Assembly (NCBI GenBank): GCA_038087875.1
Contig: CM075993.1
Location: 5,582,001 to 5,646,000, forward strand
From: Malacoraja senta
Taxonomy: Eukaryota
Reading direction: 5' to 3'
DNA: 64,000 nt
Shown: positions 22,391-33,749 of the stretch, piece by piece
Numbering within the stretch: the stretch's first letter is position 1
Layout: each line of letters opens with the position of its first letter
Translations under genes and position numbers: made by a program
Notes under the pieces: model-generated
The model's database searches: none
Seen by the model: the letters and a program-made list of their open reading frames with translations, nothing else
Told to the model about the DNA's origin: nothing

Positions 22391-25300
22391 CTCAAACAAG
22401 GGAAGAAATACCACCCCAGGGGACCACAAGGGTGCTTGGCTTAAGGATAGATCATAAGTTCATAGTTCATTACTCATAGCAGCAGAATTAGGCCATTCAG
22501 CCCATCGAGTCGACTCTGCCATTCAATCATGGCTGATCTATCTTTCCCTCTCAACACCATTCTCCTGCCTTCCCCCCACAACCCTTGACACCCTTCCTAA
22601 TCAAGAATCTGTCAATCTCCATCTTAAAAATACCCAATGACAGCCTCTACAGCCGTCTGTGGCAATGGATTCACCACTTATCCTCCTCATCTCCTTTCTA
22701 AATGTACGTCCTTTTATTCTGAGGCTATGCCCTCTGGTCTTAGACTCTCCCACTAGTGGAAATATCCTCTGCGCATCCACTCTATCCAGGCCTTTCACTA
22801 TTGGGTAAGTTTCAATGAGGTTCCCCCTCATCCTCCTAAACTCCAGCGAGTACAGGCCCAGCGCTGTCAAACGCTCATCATATGTTAACCCACTCATCCC
22901 TGGGATCTTAGGTGTGAAGACCACTGAATATAAGACTGATGACTATACAGATGCTGACAATGTCTGAAGAGATTTTTGAACAATTATTGTTTTGTAGTGA
23001 TTTTTTATTCTGGATAAAGTCTATTTTTGGAACTAAAAATAGGAATCATGAACAGGTAACGGACCAGTTAATCTGTTCTCAGCAATTTTGGGTGTGGAAT
23101 AAAACTGGCTTGGGCACCTAGGAATATAACCCTTCTCTAAGACTGGCCCTGACATCTTTTCCATCTGAGAAAACTGACCTTGATCTTAGCTTCCAGCAAA
23201 ACACAAAAGTGCTGGAGGAACTCAGTGGGTCAGGCAGCATCTGTGGAGGGAGTGGACAGATGACGTTTTGGGTCGGGACCCTTCTTCAGAATTTATTTGT
23301 ATTTTGCTCGAGATTCCAGCACATATTATGTTATCCAGCTGAGTGGGGTGATCTTATGGAGGTGTATCAAATCATGAGGGGAATAGATAGGGTGTAGGAT
23401 AGGAAATAGATGTGGACTGAAGATCATAACCAATCCTGTATCTCAGATGGTAGACAAAAGTGCTGGAGAAACTCAGCGGGTGCGGCAGCATCTATGGAGC
23501 GAAGGAAATAGGCGACGTTTCGGGCCGAAACCCTTGTTCAGACTGATGGGGGGGGGGGGGGTGGGAAGAAGAAAGGAAGAGGAGGAGCCAGAGGGCTGAG
23601 GGAGAGCTGAGAAGGGGAGGAGACAGTGAGGGCTACCTGAAATTGGAGAAGTCAATGTTCATACCCGCTGGGGTGCAAACTACCCAAGCGAAATATGAGG
23701 TGCTGCTCCTCCAATTTCCGGTGGTCCTCACTCTGGCCATGGAGGAGGCCCAGGACAGAAAGGTCGGATTCGGAATGGGAGGGGGAGTTGAAATGCTGGG
23801 CCACAGGGGAGATCAGGTTGGTTATTGCGGACCGATTGTATCTCAGATGTCTGGTTGGCACGCAACATAAGCTTTTCACTGTACCTCGGTACATGTGACA
23901 ATAAACTAAAACTGAAAGGATGAATGCTTTGTCTTTCACTCGGGGTAGGGGAATCGAGAACCAGAAGGCATAGGGTGAGAGGGAAAAGATCCAATCGGTA
24001 CTTGTAGGGCAACTTTTTCAACACAGAGGGTGTTGGGTATGTGGGACGAGCTACCAGAGGAGGTAGTTGAGGCAGGTACTTCAACAACATTGAATAGACA
24101 CTGGCCGGTCACGGTGGCGCAGCGGTAGAGTTGCTGCCTTACAGCGAATGCAGCGCCGGAGACCCGGGTCCGATCACGACTACGGGTGCTGTCTGTACGG
24201 AGTTTGAACGTTCTCCCCGTGACCCGCGTGGGTTTTCTCCGAGATCTTCGGTTTCCTCCCGCACTCCAAAGACGTACAGGTTTGTCAGTGAAATGGCTTG
24301 GTAAATGTAAAAATTGTCCCTAGTGTGTGTAGGATAGTGTTAGTGTGCGGGGATCGCTGGTCGGCATGGACCCGGTGGGCCGAAGGGCCTGTTTCCCGCT
24401 GTATCTCTAAACTAAACGGAACTAAACTTGGACAGGTACATGGATAGGAAAGGTTTAGAGGTATGTGGGTTAAATGCAGGTAATTGGGACGAGCTTTGAT
24501 GGGGCATCTTGGCCGGCATGGATGAGTTGGGCCGAAGGGCCTGTCTCCATGCTGAATGACTGCGTCTGTCTGTCGCTTCTTGCGTCTCTGCCTTTGTTTC
24601 TAGTCTCACCTGGAAGGTGATACCTCAGATTGTGCAGCACTCCCTCAATAACACATCCAAAATTGACGGCCGAGCCATTCGTGTTCAAATCTCTGGAGCG
24701 GGAATCGAACCTTCTGCCAGTGGGTTTTACCACAACTTAGGAGCAGAGTTCAGGGTGTTTGAAGCTGGACTTCCTGAGTCAAACAGCTCACCCTGTAACG
24801 GTCCTTTTACAACTAAATCCTGGCATGAGTCAGCATTTGACAAGATGGAGGCATTGATCTGAATTGCTTCATCGGATACCAACATCTGTTGCTGGAGACG
24901 TCTTCGGTGTCCAGATGTGAAAAGGAGTGTTTGAAATCAAAGGAGAGTCCCCCCCCCCCCCCCCACCTGCTCTCTTAATCCAAGCCCCCTCTAAATCTCA
25001 ATCCACATTCACCATTAGCAATAATTCACCCAACCCTTTCCTCTGCATGTCCCACTGAACTAACACTGAAGGGCACTGTGATGGTCTTCAAAGCATGGGT
25101 CTGACACCCTTGCCAAAAATCCATTTGCAACCTCCCCCCCCCCCCCCACATCCATATCCAGGTACTCAACACATCAGGGTGGAAGAGAAGAGACAATTTG
25201 ATTTTGATCAATGATGTGTCTTATTTAAACACACTAATTAAATGCATAAGATAATATTACATACAATGTGCATTTCCCCCTGTATTCATTTACCACATAT

Positions 25301-25874
25301 ACACCCCCCACCCCCACCTCAAAAACCAATGCCTTCTCCATTCGAATCCATTGGCATGGTAACTCCATATAACACAAATAGACACAATTATTAAAAACCA
25401 TTAGTTATTCTATGCTGCGTTTTTTTTTTTGCACTGCACATCTGTTCTGGTATATTACATTTCCAGATGCGCGTATTTGAATAAATTGCACTCAATTTAA
25501 TCGTAGGGTGATTTATGCAAAATCATATCAAACGCTGCTTTAATGTTATAATATCCAATTTTGGGATAAAAAAAATGTGTAAAATCTAGTCACATAAGCT
25601 CGAAAATTGCAAAATGAAAACGGCCAGCGATGAACGCAAACAATAAAAAAAACATTATTGCAAGGAAGCTATAGCGCAGTCCAAAACGACGTCTTTTTAA
25701 CATATTATTCGTAACCATGTTTTAATCATTCAGATGTTATTTTAATTGTTGACATTCAGTGATGCCGGTAAAGCACCCTTTTAAAACATGCAATGCAAAA
25801 GGAAAAGGGTTATTTTTTTTCAGCTAAGACGCATGCATAAAGCGAAAGGGATGCAAATGCAGTTTTTTGTTTAC

Positions 25875-25933
25875 CTGTTTGAAAGAGGGAGATAGGAAAT
25901 CAGATGAAATTCTCTGCAGTGGTCCCGATTCAT
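25875..25933 (-). CDS. Putative first exon of the same unidentified gene
   Basis: ATG at 25933, MNRDHCREFHLISYLPLSN(R), CAG|GTAAAC donor in phase 2, within ~1 kb of repeat-free CpG-retaining sequence. Confidence 0.3.
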
Positions 25934-28115
25934 TGCTTGTCCTGACAGCGCCTCGCCACCGCGGGCGCTGCAGGACCGACTCCAGGGAAGCCTAGCCTAG
26001 CCTAGCATGGGTGTGGAGGCAGATGTTTCTGTATTGCATTGGAAATGGAGAACTCGCTGTGGAAGTTGCATTGAAACGTGCCGTCAACGTTTCCAGCTTT
26101 GTGCCCAACGCCTTCAGATTATTTGCATACTTTGCACCTTCACCAAAACACTTAGACCCATAGGACAAAGAACTTACAGCATGTTATAGGAAGGAACTGC
26201 AGATGCTGGTTTATACCAAAGATAGGCACAAAGTGCTGGAGTAACTCATCAGGTCAGGCAGCATCTCTGGAGAAAAAGGATAGGTGATATTTCGGATTGG
26301 GACACTTCTATGGACTTGGTGATGTTTCGGGTCGGGACCCTTCTTCAGACCAGTCTTTTTCTCCAGAGATGCTGCCAGACCCATTGAATGACTCCAGCAT
26401 TTTGTGTCTATCTATAGAACAGTACAGTGCAGGAACAGGCCCTTCGGCCCACAATGTGTGTGCCGAACACGATGTCAAGCTAAACTAATATCATAGGAGA
26501 CTCAGCAGGTCAGGCAGTATATCTGGAGAACATGGAGAGGTGACGTTTTGGGACGAGACCATTCTTCCTAGGAAGCATCACCTATTTGTGTTCTCCAGAG
26601 ATGCTGCTTGACCTACTGAGTTACGCCAGAATTTTGTGGTATTTTGTGTATTAACCAGTATCTGCAGTTCTTTGTTTCCTCATTGGAGACTGATGAGGAT
26701 GAGGCCATTCGGCCCATCGAGTATGCTCTGCCATTCGACCATGGCAGATCCATTTTCCCCTGTCAACCCCATTCATAGAAACATAGAAAATAGGTGCAGG
26801 AGTTGGCAATTCAGCCCTTCGAGCCAGCACCGCCATTCAATATGATCATGGCTGATCATCTAAAATCAGTACCCTGTTCCTGCTTTCTCCCCATATCCCT
26901 TGATTCCATTAGCCCTAAGACCTACAGCAGGGTCTCGACCCGAAACATCACCCATTCCTTCTCTCCAGAGATGTTGCCCGTCCCACTGAGTTACTCCAGC
27001 TTTTTGTGTTTATCTTCGAGCAATATCTAACTCTCTCTTGAAAACATCCAGTGAATTGGCCTTCTGTGGCAGAGAATTCCACAGATTCACAACTCTCTGG
27101 GTGAAAACGTTTTTCCTCATCTCAGTCCTAAATGGCTTACCTCTTATTCTTAAACTGTGACCCCTGGTTCTGGACTCCCCTAACATCGGGAACATTTTTC
27201 CTACATCTAGCCTGTCCGATCCCTTAAGAATTTTATATGTTTCTGTTCCCTCTCATCCCAAATTCCAGTGAATATAAGCCAGTTGATCCATTCTTTAATA
27301 TAAGCCCAGTTGATCCATTCTCCTGCCTTCTTCCCGTAATCTTTGCCGCCCTTACTAATCTCTCCAGGAGATACCAGAACAAGGGATCAAAAGCTAAGTA
27401 CAAGAGGAAGGTTTATGTGAGCATATTTGCGGGGGAGCTGAGTGTATTGTCGTTGGTGGGTACATTTTGAGGTAGATGTAAGAGTCGGGCTAATTATCAC
27501 AAAAAAAAATTGCCGATACTGGAAATCTCCAATAAATGCGCAAAATGTGGGGACATTCAGCAGGTCAGGCAGCATGTGTGGAGAGAGAAACTGAACTGAT
27601 GGAAGGCTGCACAACTTGAAACGTTTCCGCTGATGCAGCCAGACTTATGAATGTTCCCAGCATTTTCTGTTTCTATGGTAGGTGATTCCAGAGGTGGGAA
27701 AGAGATCAGAGAACAAGGTGAGAATTCTAAAGGTGATAGTCATGGTGTCATACAACATAGAAACAGGCCTTTCGACCCTAGGTATCCCATCCAAGCTGGT
27801 CCCATTTGCCCGTAGACAGAAATGCTGGAGAAACTCAGCGGGTGAGGCAGCATCTATGAAGCGAAGGAAATAGGCAACGTTTCGGGCCGAAACCCTTCTT
27901 CAGACCGTGTTTGGCCCACATCTTTCCAGTCGTACCTGTCCAAATGTCTTTTAAATGTTGCTATTGTTTCTGCCTCAACTATCTCCTCCGGAAGCTCGTT
28001 CCGAAAACCTACTATCCTCTGTGTGACTGGGGGAATGTTGAGGGGGTGGAGCGAGCTGTAACACTGAGTCATCAGAACATGTGCAAACTGCACCTGTGTC
28101 TTCACGTAAAGATGC

Positions 28116-28619
28116 CGTGTGCGGATATGGCGTCGAAGGACGAGAAGAAGAAGCAAGGAAGTCGAAGCCAAATAGCCGAATGGAAAAGAAGCCAAAACAC
28201 CAACGAACCGAACGGGCGGGAAGCCGAAGAGCCAACTAATCGAAAGGCTGCGTCGCCTAAAAGCCAGCTAACAGAATGTCGCTCTGCCGAAAAGTCAAAT
28301 AGTGGCTTGTGTGGGAAAATGACCCCCACCCTCCCGTCTCCACCGGCCAGTGACGTGATGGACACGGGGGTCTGGAACAATTGCTGACAAGTCTCGCCCC
28401 CCCCCCCCCCCCCCCGGCGACGTCATGTCCGTTATTTGACCTTTTGGCAGAGCGGCCATTCGGTGAGTTTGCTTTTAGGCGACGCTGCCTTTCGGTTAGT
28501 TGGCTTTTAGGCGTCCCGCCCTTTCGGTTATTTGGCGTTTCGGCTTTGTTTCCATTCGGTTATTTGGCTTAGACTTCTTTGCTTCGGCTTCTCGTCCTTC
28601 GAGGCCAAGTCCGGGCACC
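28116..28619. mobile_element. Foldback-type MITE with ~190-bp TIRs
   Basis: Left arm ..TCGAAGGACGAGAAG..GCGTCGCCTAAAAGC..GTCAAATA mirrored at about 28430-28619; 8-bp TSD AAAGATGC/AAAGATAC (one mismatch). Confidence 0.8.
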
Positions 28620-29796
28620 AAAGATACAGCACTCCCGGTAGATCTGTTAAAATAAGCTCGATCACTCCCAGCCACTGGACATACCTGTAGTTGGCAGCCA
28701 ATTCAGCAGACTTGGAGCCCAGCCAGAGCTGTCTTGCAGGATATACTTGTATGTCATGGGATTTGCCTTTGCAAATGCCATCTGTTCCCATTGTCAGCAG
28801 AACAACAGGCCACAGAATCGTCTCTGGGTGACGTATAAGCCTCTGCATCAATAGTGGTGCCACAGAGGCAGGTGTCTACGTAATGAAAAGACACAAAGTG
28901 CTGGAGTAACTCAGCAGGTCAGGCAGCATCTCTGGAGAACATGGATAGGTGACGTTTCAGGTCAAGTCTGAAGACGGGAAATATTGCTTACCTCGCCTTC
29001 AATGTCCAACATACTGCACTTCAACAAGTCACAAAGTGCTGGAGTAACTCAGCGGATCATCTCTGGAGAACATGGATTCGGGTTGGACCCAAAACGTCAC
29101 CTATCCAGGTTCCCCAGGGATGCTGCCTGACCCGCTGAGTAACTCCAGCACTTTGTGTCGTTCCTTAGTAAACCAGCATCTGCAATTCCTTGCTTCTACT
29201 GTACATTTCCACGTCATGGGTTAGATTGTCCAACTCACTGAAAACAAAACACTGCAGATGCAAAAACAACAGAAAATTGTGCAAACACCCAACATGTAAA
29301 ATGGCGGCTGGCGGAAAGAGAAACATACTGAATATCGCTTTTGTCCTACCCATTCTTACCTCAATCTCACTGAAACTAAAATCTCTTTCTTCTCTCTTTA
29401 CCAGTCTGACAAAGGATCTTTGACCTGAAACTTTAACACTGCTTCTCTCTGCACAGACAGATGCCGCCCGGCCTGCTGAGTGTTTCCACCATTTTGTTCA
29501 CTTCACTCTTATCCCATGGGTTCCGTCCCCCACCACCATCTTGGGCATTTCCGGGTCTCTCACCTCCCTCTTGACTATTAGGTGGCAGGGTGGCGCAGCA
29601 GGTGGAGCTGCTGCCTCATAGCGCCAGAAACCCTGGATACAGTGAATGTGGAGAGGATGTTTCCACCAGTAGGAGAGTCTAGGACCAGTGGGCACAGACT
29701 TAGAATAAAAGGAATACCTTTAGAAAGGAGATGAAAAGGAATTTCTTAAGTCAGAGGGTGGTGAATTTATGAAATTCATTGCCACAGACGGTCGTG

Positions 29797-31150
29797 GAGC
29801 TATATCTAACTCTCTCTTGAAAACATCCAGTGAATTGGCCTCCACTGCCAATTCTCACAGTGGCAGACAATTCCACAGATTCACAACTCTCTGGGTGAAA
29901 TTATTTTTCCTCCTCTCAGTCCTAAATGGCCTACCCCTTATTCTTAAACTGTGACCCCTGGTTCTGGACTACCCAAACATCGGGAGCATTTTTCCTGCAT
30001 CTAGCCTGCCCAATCCTTTAAGAATTTTATATGTTTCTGTAAGATCCCCTCTCATCCTTCCAAATTCCAGTGAATACTTCCAAAGCCCAGTCGACCCATT
30101 CTTTCATCATATGATAGTCCCGCCATCCCGTGAATTAACCTGGTGAACCTACGCTGCACTCCCTCAATAGCAATAATGTCCTTCCTCAAATTAGGAGACA
30201 AAAACTGCGCACAATACTCCAGGTGCGGTCTCACCAGGGCCCTGTACAACTGCAGTAGGACCTCCTTGTTCCTAAACTCAAATCCTCTCGCAATGAAGGC
30301 CAACATGCCATTAGCTTTCTTCACTGCCTGTTGTACCTGCATGCTTTCTTTCAGTGACTGATGTACAAGCACACCCAGGTCTCGTTGCACCTCCCCTTTT
30401 CCTAATCTGACACCATTCAGATAATAATCTGCTTTCCTGTTCTTGCCACCAAAGTGGATAACCTCACATTTATCCACATTATACTGCATCTGCCATGCAT
30501 CTGTCCACTCACCCAACCTATCCAAGTCACCCTGCAGTCTCATAGCATCATCATCGCAGCTCACTCTGCCACCCAGCTTTGTGTCATCCGCAAACTTGGA
30601 GATGTCACATTTAATTCCCTCATCTAAATCATTAATATATACTGTAAATAATTGGGGTCCCAGCACCGAGCCTTGCGGCACCCCACTAGTCACTGCCTCC
30701 CATTCTGAAAAGGACCCGTTAATTCCTACTCTTTGCTTCCTGTCTGCCAATCAGTTCTCTATCCATGTTAATACCCTACCCCCAATACCATGTGCTCTAA
30801 TGTTGCACACTAATCTCTTGTGTGGGACCTTGTCAAAGGCTTTTTGAGAGTCCAGATACACCACATCCACTGGCTCTCCCTTATCCATTCTACTTGTTAC
30901 ATCCTCAAAAAATTCCAGAAGATTAGTGAAGCATGATTTCCCCTTCATAAATCCATGCTGATTTTGATCGATCCTGTCTCTGCTTTCCAAATGCGCTGCT
31001 ATAACATCTTTAACAATCGACTCAAGCATCTTCCCCACTACCAATGTAAGGGTAACTGGGCTAAAATATCCTGTTTTCTCTCTCCCTCCTTTCTTAAAAA
31101 GTGGGGTTACATTGGCTACCCTCCAGTCCACAGGAACTGATCCAGAGTCG
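29797..31150 (-). mobile_element. CR1 LINE ORF2 (RT) fragment, disrupted
   Basis: PVDWRVANVTPLFKKG..QHGFMKGKSC..KAFDKVPH..SGVPQGSVLGP..KFADDTK..RPHLEYC with a stop and frameshift. Confidence 0.92.
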
Positions 31151-31616
31151 AGTGATCCACTGCATGACAGTTCTGCCAACCCTGGTTCAATCCTGACCTC
31201 CGGTGCTGTCTGTGTGGAGTTTGCACGTTCTCCTTATGACCGCGTGCGTCTCCTCCAGGTGCTCGCGTTACCTCCCACATCGCAAATGCACGCACGTTGG
31301 GAAGTTAATTGTCCACCGTGAATTGTCCATTGTGCTAGAATCTAGCAGTTGGTGGGGGTGGAGGTGGGGGTTTGGAAGATGTTCATGGGAATGTGGAGAC
31401 AATACAGTTCCTGTTACAGTGTAGTTTATTGTCACATGTACCGAGGTACAGTGAAAAACCTTTGTTGTGTGCTATCCGGTCGGTGGAAAGACAATACATG
31501 ATTACAATCGAGCCATTTACAGTGTATAGATACACGATAAGGGAATAACGTTTAGTGCGAGGTAAAGCCAGCAAAGTCTGATCAAGGATAGTCCGAGGAT
31601 CACCAATGAGGTAGAT

Positions 31617-31757
31617 CTTCTTCTTCTTGCGTATGGCGTGCACAGCCTAAAGTTGTAGGACAACTTGTTTTAATTGATCTTATTTGATTGTGCACGCCAG
31701 GTTGATTGCATTGGTTGAAGCAGGGCGGACCACGTGAAGGTTGCAATCTCCCACCCC
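31617..31757 (-). mobile_element. 141-bp non-autonomous retroposon (Ingi/Vingi-like) with 5' ribozyme
   Basis: 12-bp TSD AATGAGGTAGAT (31605-31616, 31758-31769), (GAA)n tail, 11-bp 3' stem TGGCGTGCACA/TGTGCACGCCA; sits inside a Rex1-like 3' UTR (about 31420-31800). Confidence 0.85.
31704..31757 (-). ncRNA. Minimal HDV/CPEB3-like self-cleaving ribozyme
   Basis: GGGGTGG(P1)-GA-GATTGCA(P2)-ACC(P3)-TTCACGT(L3)-GGT(P3')-CCGCCCT(P1')-GCTTCAA-CCAA(J4/2)-TGCAATC(P2'); all helices pair. Confidence 0.8.
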
Positions 31758-33110
31758 AATGAGGTAGATAGTAGTTCAGGACTGCTCTCTGGTTGTAACA
31801 ATAAAATGGGAAGGATGGCTTAGCGGTCAGTCTGGATCTGGTGGGCCGAAGGGCCTGTTATAATGCTGTATCTTTCTTTGGTTCTCTGACCCTGTCCCAG
31901 CAAGGGGTTGGGTTTCGAGAGGAGAGCGCGACGGTGAAGAAATCTGGCTCAGGATTTTCTCCTGTCATGAAATCTCTCTGCATTATTATTGAAGAAATAA
32001 TCCCTCACTAAACAAGAGCCAATCTCTGGAGCAGACTCCCACGGGAGATGGAGGCAGCGTTTGGTATCGATCGGCCCAGATGCAAAATAATGGACTTTCT
32101 TCACAGAGAGCACAGTAAAACTCCAATCATCTGGTATCCAAATGTTTGGAAATCCTGATAGTTTACAGGTACAGCATGGAAGCAGGCCATTCGGCCCATT
32201 GATCCACTGTTCACACTAGTTCTATATTATCCCACATTCCCATCCACTCCCTGCACACTAAGTACAATTTACAGAAGCCAATTAACTTACAAACCCGCAC
32301 GTCTTTGGGATGTGGGGGGAAACCTGAGCACCCGGTGGAAACCAACGTGGTCGCAGGGAGATCGTACAAACACAGGCAGCACCCTGAGGTCAGGATCGAA
32401 CCTGGGCACGTGGAGCTGGGAGACAGCAGCTCTACCCGCTGCACCGCTGTGCCACATTATATACCAATGTGACGTGGGAGTCCCCGAGTGTGAGCAGGGT
32501 CTCTGGGTCGAGCTGGGGGTCCGGAGTGGCAGAACTGGGTGTGGGATCGGATCAAGACAGATCGGGAAAGTGGGAGGGTTTGCAGATGCAACCAGGGTCC
32601 AGAGCATTTCTGTGTATCCCCTACAATAGGACATTTTGGTAGGCACGGACAAGTTGGGCCGAAGGGCCTGTTTCTATGCTGAATTACTCTATGTAGTCTA
32701 TAGGCAATAGACATTAGGTGCAGGAGTAGGCCATTCAGCCCATCAAGCCAGCACCGCCATTCAATGTGATTATGGCTGTTCATCCACAATCAGTACCCCG
32801 TTCCTGCCTTCTCCCCATATCTCCTTACAGGGAGATCGTACAAATGCCCTACACTTCTACAGTCCAACAAATGCCCTACAAATCCCCACACTACTATCTT
32901 CAAGAGCATTATCTAGCTCTCTCTTGAAAGTATCCAGTGAACCTGCCTCCACCGCCCTCTGAGGCAGAGAATTCCACAGACTCACAACTCTCTGTGTGAA
33001 AAAGTGTTTCCTCATCTCCGTTCTAAATGGCTTACCCCTTATTCTTAAACTGTGGCCCCTGGTTCTGGACTCCCCCAACATCGGGAACATGTTTCCTGCC
33101 CCTAGCGTGT

Positions 33111-33683
33111 TGTTACGACTCCCCGAAAGCAGGTAATCCAGAGCCGCGCAACATAGTTCAAAAGCCAGGTTTAAGTTCAAAAATAGTTTAATTATTTAAT
33201 AACACACCAAAACCCAAACCTGCTTCAAACAACCCAGACAAGGATATGAATGGATTAACAAACAACTTAAAAGTGCTCAGGCCAGCCACGCGATGGACCG
33301 TCGAACCTGAGACTTTAAACCTGCCTAAAAGAAATCTAACCCTGAAACAAAAGATCGAAAACTTCTAAGGACAGCCCAATTCAATATTTGGTACTACGTA
33401 ATGTTGAAATTACACGAAGTTCTATGCCATGTGGCCAGGCCTTCCACAGCTCACACCAACAATCAGCTCACGAGGCAGGGGCGTCGAAAAAAGAGAGAGA
33501 ATTCTGGGAACTCTGGTATTTATGCTGGGGATGAGTCACCCGCCACCTGACGCAGCTTGGCCAATCTGGTACAGGATCCTTTTAACCCCTTGATGTCCAG
33601 ACTCACGCCACGAGGCCTGCACTCGGGAATGAAACAGAGAAATGTTAATACATAACATTGACCAGGAGGGGGAGCGCCTAACA
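33111..33683 (-). repeat. 3' LTR
   Basis: TGTTACG..CCTAACA direct repeat of 38026-38598; adjacent G-rich PPT (minus TTTGGGTGGGGG, 33684-33695). Confidence 0.97.
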
Positions 33684-33749
33684 CCCCCACCCAAAGATAC
33701 TGAATAAGTTTCGGAAGAAGAGAGAAAAAACACCACCAAATCCCAGAAA

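Noticed and set aside
27911..28387. 158-aa ORF with KDEKKKQ..
   Set aside because: Runs through a MITE TIR; the mirrored arm gives a similar peptide on the other strand.
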